A DNA stretch of 64,000 bases, taken from Patescibacteria group bacterium. GTDB lineage: Bacteria; Patescibacteriota; Minisyncoccia; Phycocordibacterales; PALSA-1337. Numbering within the stretch: the first letter of the stretch is position 1; every line of letters starts with the position of its first letter. Positions 20,406 through 31,033 of this stretch are shown here, one piece after another. The position numbers and the translations under genes are program-made. The DNA lies in assembly GCA_038064415.1 (NCBI GenBank), contig JBBTTD010000003.1, positions 2,597-66,596 of the forward strand, written 5' to 3'. The notes beneath the pieces are model-generated. The model searched no databases. It was not told where the DNA came from and was given only the letters and a program-made list of their open reading frames with translations.

Positions 20406-20704
20406 ACTTTGGATTAAGCAAAGAAAATTTAGATTTTATTGTCCAAGCAATTGGGAATTATGCTGATGTTAACGAAGCCTTAATCTTTGGTTCACGGGCA
20501 ATGGGAAATTTCAGACTAACATCAGACATCGATATTGCTTTAAAAGGTAATCTCACCGACCGGACAGTTGGTAGTCTTTCAAATTTTCTCAATAATGCTT
20601 CCCCCTTCGCTTACAAAGTTGATGTGCTGGATTATGATAAGATATCAAATATTGAGTTGAAGAAGCATATTGATCAATATGGCAAGGTGATATTTGAAAG
20701 ATAG
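20402..20704 (+). CDS. Minimal nucleotidyltransferase (MntA/HI0073-like antitoxin)
   Basis: FGSRAMG....SDIDI (GS-X10-DXD); 4-nt overlap with the HEPN gene. Confidence 0.9.
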   Translation: MNFGLSKENLDFIVQAIGNYADVNEALIFGSRAMGNFRLTSDIDIALKGNLTDRTVGSLSNFLNNASPFAYKVDVLDYDKISNIELKKHIDQYGKVIFER

Positions 20705-20805
20705 ATTTTAGATCTAATCAAAACCATTGCGTTCTACCCCCCCATGCGATAATTGAATCATAAGATGATGGCATTATCTTTATTATTTATAATTTTATTT
20801 ATAAT

Positions 20806-22894
20806 ATGAAAACATCTATATTTTCGGTTATTCTATCATTGACAGTATTTTCTTTGGTGGTTTTTGTGGTTGCGCCGAGTAGCGTCGGAGCACAGTATAG
20901 ATGCTTATACTAAAACTAATTCACAGTCATGTTATACATTTTCCACTAATCTTCAACTTGGTTCTCGTGGCGTGGATGTTGTTGCTTTACAGACATTCTT
21001 GATCTTGAAAGGTTTCTCGATTAGTAATCTCTTCGCAAGTAATGATACTCAAAAAGGATATTTTGGCTTTGCTACATTTCAAGCACTCAAGAAGTATCAA
21101 AAGAATGCTGGTATTGAAGCCACTGGATTTTTTGGCCCAATAACTAGAATGAAAATAAATAGTGAGTGTTCTGTGCCGACAGGCAATGTCAACTCCTACT
21201 CAAATACCTTAAAATCCAAAGATTCATTGGTCACATCTACACCAAAAGCGAGCTCAAATATCCCCGCGCAGGACACTCTAAAGCTTTTTTTGGATAATTT
21301 GTCAAAAAAACAAGAGAAAGAAATGGATGATTATAGAATTGAATATAAAAAAAGAATTAATGCCAACTTCAAACAAATAAATAAAATTGATAATTTTTCA
21401 CTTACCGCACAAGTTGCAAGTGCAGAACTTCAACCTGTAGCCTATATAAAACAGAACAAATTTACAGAGACGAAAAAAATCAAGTTTACTTATTCATTTG
21501 TGCCCTGTTTAATCTCCGGTCACGATGATGATTGTGAGAAAACCGCCGAGAATACTACTAGTTCATATTTAAAAAGTATACAAGATATAATTATTTCATC
21601 GCTAAATATCGATGAAATAATTACAACCCATTGGTCTCTTGGTTGTGAAGGAGATAGATATCAGTCGTGGACATATGATAGTTCCCAATCACCAAAAGGA
21701 GGAGATTACACTCTTAATGAATGTGATGCAACTGGGGTATTATTCCCTGCCACAAATTTTGGCAGAAAAATAAGTATTACACCTAACTATTCCCAGTCTG
21801 TACTTCCACAGCAGTTGATAGGTGGTATTAAATATTATACTGATGTCATACATCAATCTGGTAGTACTGAAGAAACAACACATTCAGAAATTACAGTAAA
21901 TGATGATAGTGGGGTTGTGTTTAGATATAATGGTGCAAAATCTTCTGAGAATAGCAATCTTGGTTGGGCATATACCATTAGAGTTTTAGCTGATCGTATT
22001 TTTGTAAAAAACTATACGAATGGTTACCCAAACTTTTATTCGGAACCAATACCTTGTACAAAAATTGGAATTGGTTTTGCGACAACTACTAGTAGTGCAT
22101 GTGTCTTTAGGTGGATTGGCCAAGTACCTTCACTTTCGGAGATAGATATAACACCTATGGCTAGAGATATTCCTTTTTATCAATATCGTGTAGAAATTGT
22201 TGGAGGGCCATATGATCTATTTGAGAATATAGGGCCAACAATTTCACCTCCACCCCCACCTTCAGCTTCACGAGATCAATACCTTGCTCAAATTTCATCA
22301 GCTTTTGCTAATAGTATTGTGTATGGTGCGACACCGAGTTCACAAGTTTCTATTTTTGGAACAGGATTTACTAGTACCGATAACTGGATTAGGATTGGTA
22401 ACAGTGACATAGGTCACATTATATCTGGAGTATCAAGTGCAGATGGTACAAGTATTACATTTACTTTACCTGATATAGATGTCTTACCAATCGGAACATA
22501 TAGTCTTGATGTTGCTGGTTATAATACTCCTTGGAGTGATCCTGTGCAATTTAATATTCTTTCTACAGTCCCACCCCAAATCTCCTCTTTCAGTGTTTCT
22601 TCTTTATCAATCAATTCAGGACGACCAGTTGACTTTTCTTGGAAAACAACACCAGCGGCAGTTTCCGCCTGTACTCTTACAGGTGATGGACCAGTTCCTA
22701 AATCAGTTCCAATTTCCACCAATTATTATGAAACCCAGCCCATCACAACTACAACCACATTTACTCTGACTTGTATGGGAACAAACGGTCAAACAGTCTC
22801 AAAATCTATAACGGTGACTGTTAATTCAATTTCATTCCTGCAAAGTTTTCTTGCTTCAGTGAATGGCGCGATACAATTTCTTTTTAGAAAATAA
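20806..22894 (+). pseudogene. Peptidoglycan-binding / IPT-TIG surface protein, frameshifted just after its signal peptide
   Basis: Signal peptide MKTSIFSV..VGAQ (20806-20913) is in a different frame from the body; LQLGSRGVDV.ALQ.FL..GYFG.AT..AL..YQ PG-binding domain. Confidence 0.7.
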
Positions 22895-22956
22895 CAGTTT
22901 AACTAAAGTCGCCTCAGTAACCGGTGAATAGTATTTTCTCGTGTTATAATTACCCC

Positions 22957-24585
22957 ATGTTAAATGTTCAAGAATTGACCAAGTTGCTTGAAGGTGATGT
23001 TGATAATACGGCGAAATCTCTGGAAAACGCTTCTCATGACGCCAGCATTTTTGAAATCAAACCAGAAGTGATTGTCAGACCAAAAAATGTTGAAGATATT
23101 AAGAAGTTGGTTAAATATGCTTTGGATCACAAAGGCGTAAGTCTAACCGCGCGCGCGGCTGGCACTGACATGTCCGGTGGTCCACTTACCGAATCCGTCG
23201 CAGTTGATTTTCTGAAGTATTTTAACCACATCAAAAAAGTTTCCGATGGGTACGCGATTGCCGAACCAGGAGTCTATTATCGTGATTTTGATAAAGCTAC
23301 AGTTGAAAAAGGCCAAATTATGCCGAGTTATCCCGCGTCGCGCGAGATCTGCACGGTTGGCGGGATGGTCGCCAACAATGCCGGCGGAGAGAAAACCTTG
23401 GTTTATGGAAAGATAGAAAAGTATATTCGGCGCTTGAAAATGGTCTGTGCCGATGGCAAAGAACACGAGTTTAGACCCCTTACTTTTTCTGAATTGGAAC
23501 AGCACAAGAAGTTCCCAACCTTTGAAAGTGAAATTTATCGTCAAGTACACGATTTAATTGTTGAAAACGAGACAATCATAAATGCCGCCAAGCCAAAAGT
23601 CACCAAAAATTCTTGTGGTTATTATTTATGGAATGTTCTTGACAGAAAGAATGAGATATTTGATCTGACAAAATTGATTGTTGGTTCGCAGGGAACACTC
23701 GGACTCATCACGGAAATAGAGCTTGCTCTGGTTAGGCCCAAAAAACACTCGCGTTTGTTAGTCGTGTTTTTGAAAGATTTGAAACTGCTTGCTCCTACCG
23801 CGACTAACATAATGTCGTTTAAGCCCGAAAGTTTTGAATCATATGATGACCACACATTTCGCGTGGCTGTTAAGTTCTTGCCCGCATTGATAAAACAGCT
23901 TAAAGGAAATATTTTCACGCTCGGCTATAAGTTTCTGCCGGAAGTTTTGGCAGTTCTACGAGGTGGTGTTCCAAAAATGGTTTTGATGGCGGAGTTTACG
24001 GCTGACACTCCAGAAGAAGCTCTATCAAAAGCGGAAAAAGCGCAAGCTTCTCTCAAAGAATTCCATGAACAATCAAAGGTTACGAAATCCGTTGAAGATG
24101 AAAATAAATATTGGGTCATTCGTCGGGAAAGTTTCAATATGTTACATCACCATGTCCATGGATTGCGCACTGCTCCATTCATTGATGACTTCGCCGTATC
24201 AGCGGAGAAGCTTACTGAATTTTTGCCAAGACTCTACGAGATTCTTGACCAATACAATCTAACCTATACGATTGCTGGTCATGTCGGCGATGGCAATTTT
24301 CATATTATTCCTCTAATGAATCTTCATGAAACTCATTCTCATGAAATCATCAAGGAGTTGTCAATTAAAGTTTACGCTTTAGTCCACGAATTTTGCGGTA
24401 CTATTACCGCCGAACACAATGATGGGATTATCCGTTCTCCATTTGTGAAAATGCAGTATGGTGAAGAAGTGTACAAATTATTTGAGCAAGTCAAAAAGAT
24501 TTGGGATCCCAAAGGAATTTTCAATCCCGGTAAAAAGGTTGGGGCAAGTTGGGAATACGCGGTTAGGCATATTGTTAGATCATGA
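22957..24585 (+). CDS. FAD-binding oxidoreductase (GlcD/D-lactate dehydrogenase family)
   Basis: RAAGTDMSG, TVGGMVANNAGG, GSQGTLG, GHVGDGNFH, AEHNDG, DPKGIFNPGK. Confidence 0.9.
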   Translation: MLNVQELTKLLEGDVDNTAKSLENASHDASIFEIKPEVIVRPKNVEDIKKLVKYALDHKGVSLTARAAGTDMSGGPLTESVAVDFLKYFNHIKKVSDGYAIAEPGVYYRDFDKATVEKGQIMPSYPASREICTVGGMVANNAGGEKTLVYGKIEKYIRRLKMVCADGKEHEFRPLTFSELEQHKKFPTFESEIYRQVHDLIVENETIINAAKPKVTKNSCGYYLWNVLDRKNEIFDLTKLIVGSQGTLGLITEIELALVRPKKHSRLLVVFLKDLKLLAPTATNIMSFKPESFESYDDHTFRVAVKFLPALIKQLKGNIFTLGYKFLPEVLAVLRGGVPKMVLMAEFTADTPEEALSKAEKAQASLKEFHEQSKVTKSVEDENKYWVIRRESFNMLHHHVHGLRTAPFIDDFAVSAEKLTEFLPRLYEILDQYNLTYTIAGHVGDGNFHIIPLMNLHETHSHEIIKELSIKVYALVHEFCGTITAEHNDGIIRSPFVKMQYGEEVYKLFEQVKKIWDPKGIFNPGKKVGASWEYAVRHIVRS

Positions 24586-24615
24586 CGCAGGGTAGACCTA
24601 CGTACTGCGCAAATT

Positions 24616-24856
24616 TTACTCATATCTCAAAGCTTCTATTGGGTTTAATCTTGAAGCTCTTCTAGCGGGATAATATCCAAAAGATATACCAATCAGAGCG
24701 GAAACTCCGAAAGCTAGCGCTACAGAAGTGAATGATACTTGCGTTTGAAGAATTCCGAGCGAAGTTACAGTGGCGGCAATGGCCCAGCCAAGAGCTACTC
24801 CAATTGCGCCACCGATGACCGTCAAAGCAACGGCTTCAGACAGAAATTGAATAAAT
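24616..24856 (-). pseudogene. C-terminal fragment of a MacB/FtsX-type ABC permease
   Basis: IQFLSEAV.LT..GG.IG...FGYYPARRASRLNPIEALRYE with no upstream part of the gene. Confidence 0.85.
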
Positions 24857-24884
24857 GGTGATCATAAGGTATAATTGAATCAAT

Positions 24885-24998
24885 ATGGCAAAAAGAGCAT
24901 CAGTCCAAAAGAAAACTTCACGATCGCGCAAGACCAAGAAGCGTTTAGCTACAAAACATGCGCGATTGGCGGCACAGCGAGCAAAACATCACAAATAG
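24885..24998 (+). CDS. Small highly basic protein (37 aa)
   Basis: MAKRASVQKKTSRSRKTKKRLATKHARLAAQRAKHHK; GGTATAAT shortly upstream. Confidence 0.65.
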   Translation: MAKRASVQKKTSRSRKTKKRLATKHARLAAQRAKHHK

Positions 24999-25056
24999 TA
25001 GTTGGTTAATAGTTATTGGTTAATGGTCGGTGTGGTTTACGATTATTATTAACTAA

Positions 25057-25224
25057 TTACCAATTACTTAATTTAAATCCTCCCCAAATACCGAGGAGGC
25101 CACCTATTGTGCTACCAATAATTCCAGAGAATGAAAAACTGCCCGCACCCCAAAGTGTCGGTATCCAACCACCGACAAAAGAACCTATAAAAACTCCGAT
25201 CCAGATGAGTGATTTTGTGTTCAT
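25057..25224 (-). CDS. Small Gly-rich membrane protein (55 aa)
   Basis: MNTKSLIWIGVFIGSFVGGWIPTLWGAGSFSFSGIIGSTIGGLLGIWGGFKLSNW; TGTATAAT upstream. Confidence 0.75.
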   Translation of the reverse strand: MNTKSLIWIGVFIGSFVGGWIPTLWGAGSFSFSGIIGSTIGGLLGIWGGFKLSNW

Positions 25225-25251
25225 TGATAACTATTATACAATATTCATAAC

Positions 25252-25647
25252 ATGTCCCCAACTTACTCTTGGTACTCACAACTAATTAAACCATCGTTCG
25301 CTCCACCATCATGGATTTTTGGTCCAGTTTGGAGTGTACTTTATATAATTATTGCGGTAACTTTTATTCGGGTTTTTTATTTATCGGCTACAAAAGTTAT
25401 CCCAGGAATCATAGTTATTCCTTTCATCCTCAATTTAATCTTTAACTTCTCATTCACGCCACTGCAATTTGGTTTACAAAATAATTATCTAGCCGCAATT
25501 GATATTTTACTTGTGCTTGGGACACTCATTTGGGCGATTATAGCTATTTGGCCATACTCCCGAAAATTAGCTTACGCGCAAATTCCATACCTTTTATGGG
25601 TAACTTTTGCCACCGTTTTACAACTTACTATTACTTGGATGAATTGA
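25252..25647 (+). CDS. tspO: TspO/MBR family membrane protein
   Basis: WYSQLIKPSFAPPSWIFGPVWSVLY, PYLLWVTFAT.L. Confidence 0.9.
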   Translation: MSPTYSWYSQLIKPSFAPPSWIFGPVWSVLYIIIAVTFIRVFYLSATKVIPGIIVIPFILNLIFNFSFTPLQFGLQNNYLAAIDILLVLGTLIWAIIAIWPYSRKLAYAQIPYLLWVTFATVLQLTITWMN

Positions 25648-25739
25648 ATATTAAATTATTATTTAATTTTTATCTTTAAAAATTACAAACAAAAAGCGCA
25701 ACATGTTTTAATGCTACGCTTTGATTGAGTCTTGTATAG

Positions 25740-25982
25740 CTAAAGAAAGATAGACAGTCCTTTGGATATTACGACTGCACAGAAGTGTGATGACACAACT
25801 GGTAATGAACAAATGATCATTAAAACTCCCAGTGCAGACACACCTTGAGATTTTTCCATTCTCCATTTTGTTGCATTATCGAATGCTTTACCTATCAAAT
25901 ACAATCCGAAGAAAAACATTATCCATACTGTCAAAATAACATAATTCATAAAGAGCCTTTCTGTTTCGCGGTTTAAATACAA
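25740..25982 (-). CDS. Small hypothetical membrane protein
   Basis: Two hydrophobic segments; start uncertain. Confidence 0.45.
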   Translation of the reverse strand: MYLNRETERLFMNYVILTVWIMFFFGLYLIGKAFDNATKWRMEKSQGVSALGVLMIICSLPVVSSHFCAVVISKGLSIFL

Positions 25983-26023
25983 TATACTCCTTATTATTTA
26001 AATTGCAAGTATAGATGGGATCA

Positions 26024-27352
26024 TTATTGAGATAACAATGTATCAATTCTGTTCAAATCCCTAGGGAATAGCGCGGCTTCTTTGACATTATCAATATTCA
26101 AAAGTTTGGCGGTTAAGCGTTCCAATCCCAGACCAAATCCACCATGGGGAGGTAAGCCATATTTGAAGGCTTGGAGGTAATAGCTGAATTTTTCAGGATT
26201 GAGTTTTTTATCTTTCATTGAAGCGATGAGGTCGTCATATTTATGGATACGTTGGGCAAGTGTCGTAATCTCTACTCCACGGAATAATAGGTCAGCTCCT
26301 TTGGTATAGGTTGGGTCTTTCTCATCTCGGTATGTATAGAATGGTCTTTTAGCAGTTGGGAAGTTTGTTATGAAGATAAAATCAGAACCAAATTTTTCGG
26401 CGGAATAGGCACAAAGCCAGCGTTCATGTTCTGGTTCAAGATCCGGCTCCTTGGTGCAATCTTTGCCGGTTTCTTTGGTAATAAGTTTTTGCGCCTCACG
26501 CAAAGTCATTTGTGGAATTTTTTCTGGAACTTTTGGAATATTGGCACCTAAAAGTTTGAATTCTGCCGGACATTCATTTTCTAGAATCTTTGAAAGATAT
26601 AAAAGAAAAGAATTTTCCATATCCATGACATCTTGATGATCCTTGATGAATCCCATTTCTATATCCAACGAAGTATACTCATTCAGATGACGCGTAGTTG
26701 AATGTTTCTCTGCTCTGTAAACATTGCCAATAGTGAACACGCGCTCAAAAACACCGACTAGTATTTGTTTATAAAGTTGAGGACTTTGCGCAAGGTGCGC
26801 AATATGTTTGAAGTACTCTACATTGAATGAATTTGCACCACCTTCTGCGTCGTCGCCAATAAGTTTTGGCGCTTGAAATTCAGTGAAACCTTTTTCAGTA
26901 AAAAATTCTCGGAAAGCTTTGGTGATAACCGCTTGAATCTTGAAAACTGCAGTATGTTTTGGTGCACGAAGGGTGAGTGGCAGATTATCAAGATAAGTAT
27001 CAATATTAATGTCGGCGTCTTTTTCAAATGGCAGTTCTTTTGACGCGGATAAAATTTCCACGGAAATAGCTTCAAATTCAATTGAGCCATTGAGCTCGTC
27101 TTTGTTAACCATTTTCGCGGGGCGTTCATTTACTTTTCCAATAATAGAAACAACCCATTCACTTCTCAGCTCTTTTGCTGACGCGTGTGCCTCGGTGTGA
27201 TTTGGCAGAAATACAGTCTGGACTTTCCCAGAGACATCGCGAATATCTATAAAAATGAGTTTTCCATGATCGCGACGAATATCAACCCAGCCGGAGATTG
27301 AGACTTCTTTGCCGACCGAATTCTTTAAATCCTTAATGTAAGTGCGGTTCAT
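26024..27352 (-). CDS. aspS: Aspartate-tRNA ligase, short archaeal/non-discriminating type
   Basis: OB-fold N-terminus, LAQSPQLYKQ, YRAEKHSTTRHLNE, PPHGGFGLGLERL; 442 aa with no GAD domain. Confidence 0.93.
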   Translation of the reverse strand: MNRTYIKDLKNSVGKEVSISGWVDIRRDHGKLIFIDIRDVSGKVQTVFLPNHTEAHASAKELRSEWVVSIIGKVNERPAKMVNKDELNGSIEFEAISVEILSASKELPFEKDADINIDTYLDNLPLTLRAPKHTAVFKIQAVITKAFREFFTEKGFTEFQAPKLIGDDAEGGANSFNVEYFKHIAHLAQSPQLYKQILVGVFERVFTIGNVYRAEKHSTTRHLNEYTSLDIEMGFIKDHQDVMDMENSFLLYLSKILENECPAEFKLLGANIPKVPEKIPQMTLREAQKLITKETGKDCTKEPDLEPEHERWLCAYSAEKFGSDFIFITNFPTAKRPFYTYRDEKDPTYTKGADLLFRGVEITTLAQRIHKYDDLIASMKDKKLNPEKFSYYLQAFKYGLPPHGGFGLGLERLTAKLLNIDNVKEAALFPRDLNRIDTLLSQ

Positions 27353-27397
27353 AGGGGAAACTATAACATATTTTATGTTTTATGCTATATTGCCTAT

Positions 27398-27865
27398 ATG
27401 AAAAAGCCTTATGTTATAACGGTCGTAATTATAATAGTTATTATTATCGCCACATTCTTATTATTCAATAGAAAACAGGCCCAAGCCCCGATAGGTGTTA
27501 TTTCATATAGCGGAGAAAATGCCGTCAACATGATCAAAATCACATCTCTGGAGCCAAATTCAGTAATTAGTTCACCATTAAAGATTACTGGTCAAGCTCG
27601 TGGTAATTGGTATTTTGAAGCAAGTTTTCCAATCGTTTTAGTAGATTGGGATGGAAAAATCATTGCAAACGGTCACGCAGATGCCAAATCGGATTGGATG
27701 ACCGAAAATTTTGTGCCATTTGAAGCAACGCTAGAATTTACCAAACCAGTGTGTGCTTCTGGAATTGATTATTGCAAGCGAGGTTCACTCATCTTGAAGA
27801 ATGATAATCCATCAGGTTTACCACAAAATGATAAGGCGGCGGAGATGCCAGTTTTATTTGAATGA
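27398..27865 (+). CDS. Gmad2-like immunoglobulin domain protein
   Basis: SPL.ITGQARGNWYFEASFP...DWMTENFVPF...DNPSGLP. Confidence 0.8.
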   Translation: MKKPYVITVVIIIVIIIATFLLFNRKQAQAPIGVISYSGENAVNMIKITSLEPNSVISSPLKITGQARGNWYFEASFPIVLVDWDGKIIANGHADAKSDWMTENFVPFEATLEFTKPVCASGIDYCKRGSLILKNDNPSGLPQNDKAAEMPVLFE

Positions 27866-28590
27866 AAACAAGCGAAGTTAAAAGGGAGCTTTTGAAGCGT
27901 GCCAATCCCATTAAAGCCAAACTTTTATCTGGTTTTTTCAAAACTGGAAAAGGAGAGTATGGCGAAGGCGATAAATTTCTTGGAATTATGGTTCCAGTTC
28001 AGAGAATTATTGCCAAGAAATTCAAAGATTTACCATTGAATGAAGTTCGCAAACTTATCAATGATCAGTATCACGAGGTTCGTTTGACTGGACTCTTGAT
28101 TTTAATTTACAAAATTAAGCGTGCTAATGAGGTAACACATAAAACGGTTACTGATTTTTATTTGTCTAATACGAAACAAATTAATAATTGGGACTTAGTA
28201 GATGTCACGGCGCGTGATATTGTCGGCGGTTATCTATATGATTTCAATAAGGACCGAAAGATTCTTTACAAACTAGCTCGTTCAAAAAATCTTTGGGAAC
28301 GCCGGATTGCCACAATCTCAACTTTTTATTTTATTGGCAAGAATGATTTCAGTGATTCAATCCGAATTGCTGAAATTCTTTTAACTGACAATCATGATCT
28401 GATCCATAAAGCGGTTGGTTGGATGCTTCGCGAAATGGGGAAGCGGGACAAAAAAGAGCTGATTAAATTTTTGAAAAAACACGCGCGTGAAATGCCGAGG
28501 ACGATGCTCAGGTATTCAATAGAACGGTTGAATTTGAGAGAAAAGGAAAAGTATATGAGAATACGCAATCCGCAGGGTAGACCTGCGTGA
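27862..28590 (+). CDS. DNA alkylation repair protein (AlkD-like)
   Basis: FFKTGKGEYGEGD, NNWDLVD, DLIHKAVGWMLRE, MPRTMLRYSIE. Confidence 0.92.
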   Translation: MKTSEVKRELLKRANPIKAKLLSGFFKTGKGEYGEGDKFLGIMVPVQRIIAKKFKDLPLNEVRKLINDQYHEVRLTGLLILIYKIKRANEVTHKTVTDFYLSNTKQINNWDLVDVTARDIVGGYLYDFNKDRKILYKLARSKNLWERRIATISTFYFIGKNDFSDSIRIAEILLTDNHDLIHKAVGWMLREMGKRDKKELIKFLKKHAREMPRTMLRYSIERLNLREKEKYMRIRNPQGRPA

Positions 28591-28617
28591 GACGCTTATG
28601 CTATAGTTTTATTTCAA

Positions 28618-29634
28618 ATGTCTTACGAAATTTCACCTCTAATAAAAGAAAAAGCGCCGTTAATTTTGGCTGAAATAAAAAAGGCCAATTCTATCCTTTT
28701 GCATTGTCATCCGTCTCCTGATCCTGATTCTGTTTGTTCGGCTCTTGCCATGAAATTTGCGGTTGAACAGTTTGGCAAAAAGGCCACAATTATAAAAGGT
28801 GATTCAGAAATCCCGGAGGCATTCATGCATTTTCCTGGGGCAAAAGAAATAGTGATGAAGAGTTATTGGGAAATTGATCCTAGTCAGTATGATTTATTTA
28901 TTGTTGTTGATTCTGCAATTACTGGCGTCTCTAGAATAAAAGAAGTCTCTCTGCCGAGTACAATGAAAGTTATTAACATTGACCATCATCGTACAAATAC
29001 CGGTTCCGGTTCAATTAACATAGTTGATCCAACATACCCAGCAACAGGCCAACTCCTATTTGATGTTTTGGGTGAGATGAAAATCAAAATAACTCCAGAA
29101 ATCGCCATAAATTTGTTTGCCGGAATCATCACCGATACCGGCGGATTTAAATTTGAAAGCACTACTGCTAACACTTTTGAAGTCGCTGCCCAATTGGTCA
29201 AGATTGTTCCCGATTTTGGCAAATATATTGCCGAAATGGAGAACAGCAATACTTTGAGTGATATGATGTTTCATGGTTTGGCCTTAAGTTCAATTGAAAC
29301 ATTTTCTAATGGTAAATTGGCAATTTCAGCTGTGCCATATTATCTGATTGAAGAAAAGAAAATACTTTCTGTCAGCACAAGCGCCGGTACAATCTCATCT
29401 ATTTTGAGAACAGTCGCTCAATTTGAAATAATGGTTGCCTGCATTGAAACCAAGCCAAATCAGATTCGTCTTAGTTTCCGCACGCGTGACGCTCAAAAAT
29501 ATGATGTTTCCAAAATTGCCGCGTTATTTGGCGGTGGAGGACACATTGTCGCTTCCGGAGCCACTTTAAATATGACTCTTGATGAAGCTAAAAAACTTGT
29601 TGTGGCAAAAGTAAAGGAACTGTATAATCTCTGA
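28618..29634 (+). CDS. DHH/DHHA1 phosphoesterase (NrnA-like)
   Basis: HPSPDPD, IDHH, TDTGGF, SFRT, GGGH. Confidence 0.9.
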   Translation: MSYEISPLIKEKAPLILAEIKKANSILLHCHPSPDPDSVCSALAMKFAVEQFGKKATIIKGDSEIPEAFMHFPGAKEIVMKSYWEIDPSQYDLFIVVDSAITGVSRIKEVSLPSTMKVINIDHHRTNTGSGSINIVDPTYPATGQLLFDVLGEMKIKITPEIAINLFAGIITDTGGFKFESTTANTFEVAAQLVKIVPDFGKYIAEMENSNTLSDMMFHGLALSSIETFSNGKLAISAVPYYLIEEKKILSVSTSAGTISSILRTVAQFEIMVACIETKPNQIRLSFRTRDAQKYDVSKIAALFGGGGHIVASGATLNMTLDEAKKLVVAKVKELYNL

Positions 29635-29675
29635 ATGTTTACTGAATTGGCGATAATATTGATAAAACAAAAACA

Positions 29676-30317
29676 ATGGAACCACAAAAACAAAAAAAAT
29701 TTCCGTGGGTGTCAGTGATTATTATAGTGATAATAATTCTTGCCGGGATTCAATGGTGGCAGACCAACCTAAGAACCCAATTTAGTACAGACAATAGCAA
29801 TGCCACGACTACTGTTATAAATAACTCATCAACAAAGAACTCCATGCACACTATAACTATTGAAACCAACAAGGGGACAATTGTATTTGAGACTTATGAC
29901 GCTGACGCGCCAAAGACTTCCGAAAACTTTATCACTCTAGCTAAAAAGGGATTTTATGACAATCTTATTTTTCATCGCGTGATCAGAGATTTTATGATTC
30001 AAGGTGGTGACCCTACTGGTACTGGGATGAGTGGTCCTGGATACCAATTTGAAGATGAACTCAATCCAAACACCGAATCTTACAAAGCTGGTTATGTCCG
30101 TGGAACAGTTGCCATGGCAAACTCTGGACCAAACACAAATGGTAGTCAATTCTTTATTATGCATCAAGATTACCAATTACCTCACTCCTACACAATTTTT
30201 GGAAAAGTTATTTCAGGAATGGATGTAGTTGACGCTATTGCTAATAGTCAGATTGGCCCGAATGATAAACCTGTTCAAGCTGTTGTCATGAAGAAGGTGA
30301 CGATTAAGGATAATTAA
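29676..30317 (+). CDS. Cyclophilin-type peptidyl-prolyl isomerase with N-terminal anchor
   Basis: FHRVIRDFMIQGGDP, AMANSGPNTNGSQFFI. Confidence 0.95.
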   Translation: MEPQKQKKFPWVSVIIIVIIILAGIQWWQTNLRTQFSTDNSNATTTVINNSSTKNSMHTITIETNKGTIVFETYDADAPKTSENFITLAKKGFYDNLIFHRVIRDFMIQGGDPTGTGMSGPGYQFEDELNPNTESYKAGYVRGTVAMANSGPNTNGSQFFIMHQDYQLPHSYTIFGKVISGMDVVDAIANSQIGPNDKPVQAVVMKKVTIKDN

Positions 30318-30455
30318 ATTGGCTACCAACCTGTTGAGGTTTACATTCGGACGAAAAAAAGTGCGCTCATCAAACGAGCGCCTTTAATGTCTTTGATGTT
30401 AAGGATCCACATCTTGCTTTTTAAAATAATCAGAGTAGACTTCAAATTAGATCCC

Positions 30456-30920
30456 ATGAAAACTACATATTATATTGAACCACGTGATTCAAACACCAAT
30501 CAGCGGATTGCGGAGCTTCTAAGTCAGCAGGCATGTGAATCAGAAGCGGCGGAAAGAAGATGTGCAGATAAGTTGTCTCGTAACCTTTGGGCAATACCTG
30601 GAAATCTTTTTCCGTTTATTCTCGGCTCTTCCGGCTTGAATATTTCTATTTTCAAGGATGAAGGATCTGGAATCATCTTTTTTAATGCTGTTGACTTTGT
30701 AACCACTTCATCAGACATTACCTTTGATGATCCGATTGCTAGGAAAAACTTTATACTAAAGATTCTTAGTCAGAGTAAATGGCTTGATCTTTTGAGTCAG
30801 CTTGAAAGATTTACTGAATCATTTCTAAAGCCTTCAAGGTATACGATCGAAAGACACAATCGTAAGAGATCGAGTGTGATCAAAATGAAAACACATCAGC
30901 CAAAAAAGAAGAAAAAGTAA
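30456..30920 (+). CDS. Hypothetical protein with basic C-terminus
   Basis: ORF followed by a hairpin near 30940-30960. Confidence 0.55.
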   Translation: MKTTYYIEPRDSNTNQRIAELLSQQACESEAAERRCADKLSRNLWAIPGNLFPFILGSSGLNISIFKDEGSGIIFFNAVDFVTTSSDITFDDPIARKNFILKILSQSKWLDLLSQLERFTESFLKPSRYTIERHNRKRSSVIKMKTHQPKKKKK

Positions 30921-31033
30921 TTTGTTTTACTTCATTACAACCGAGAGTGCTCCTCTCGGTATTTTATTTGTTCGTAGTTTTTGATTTACTAGATGTTTTA
31001 ATGACTTGAGTTAATTTATGTTACAATAATTTT

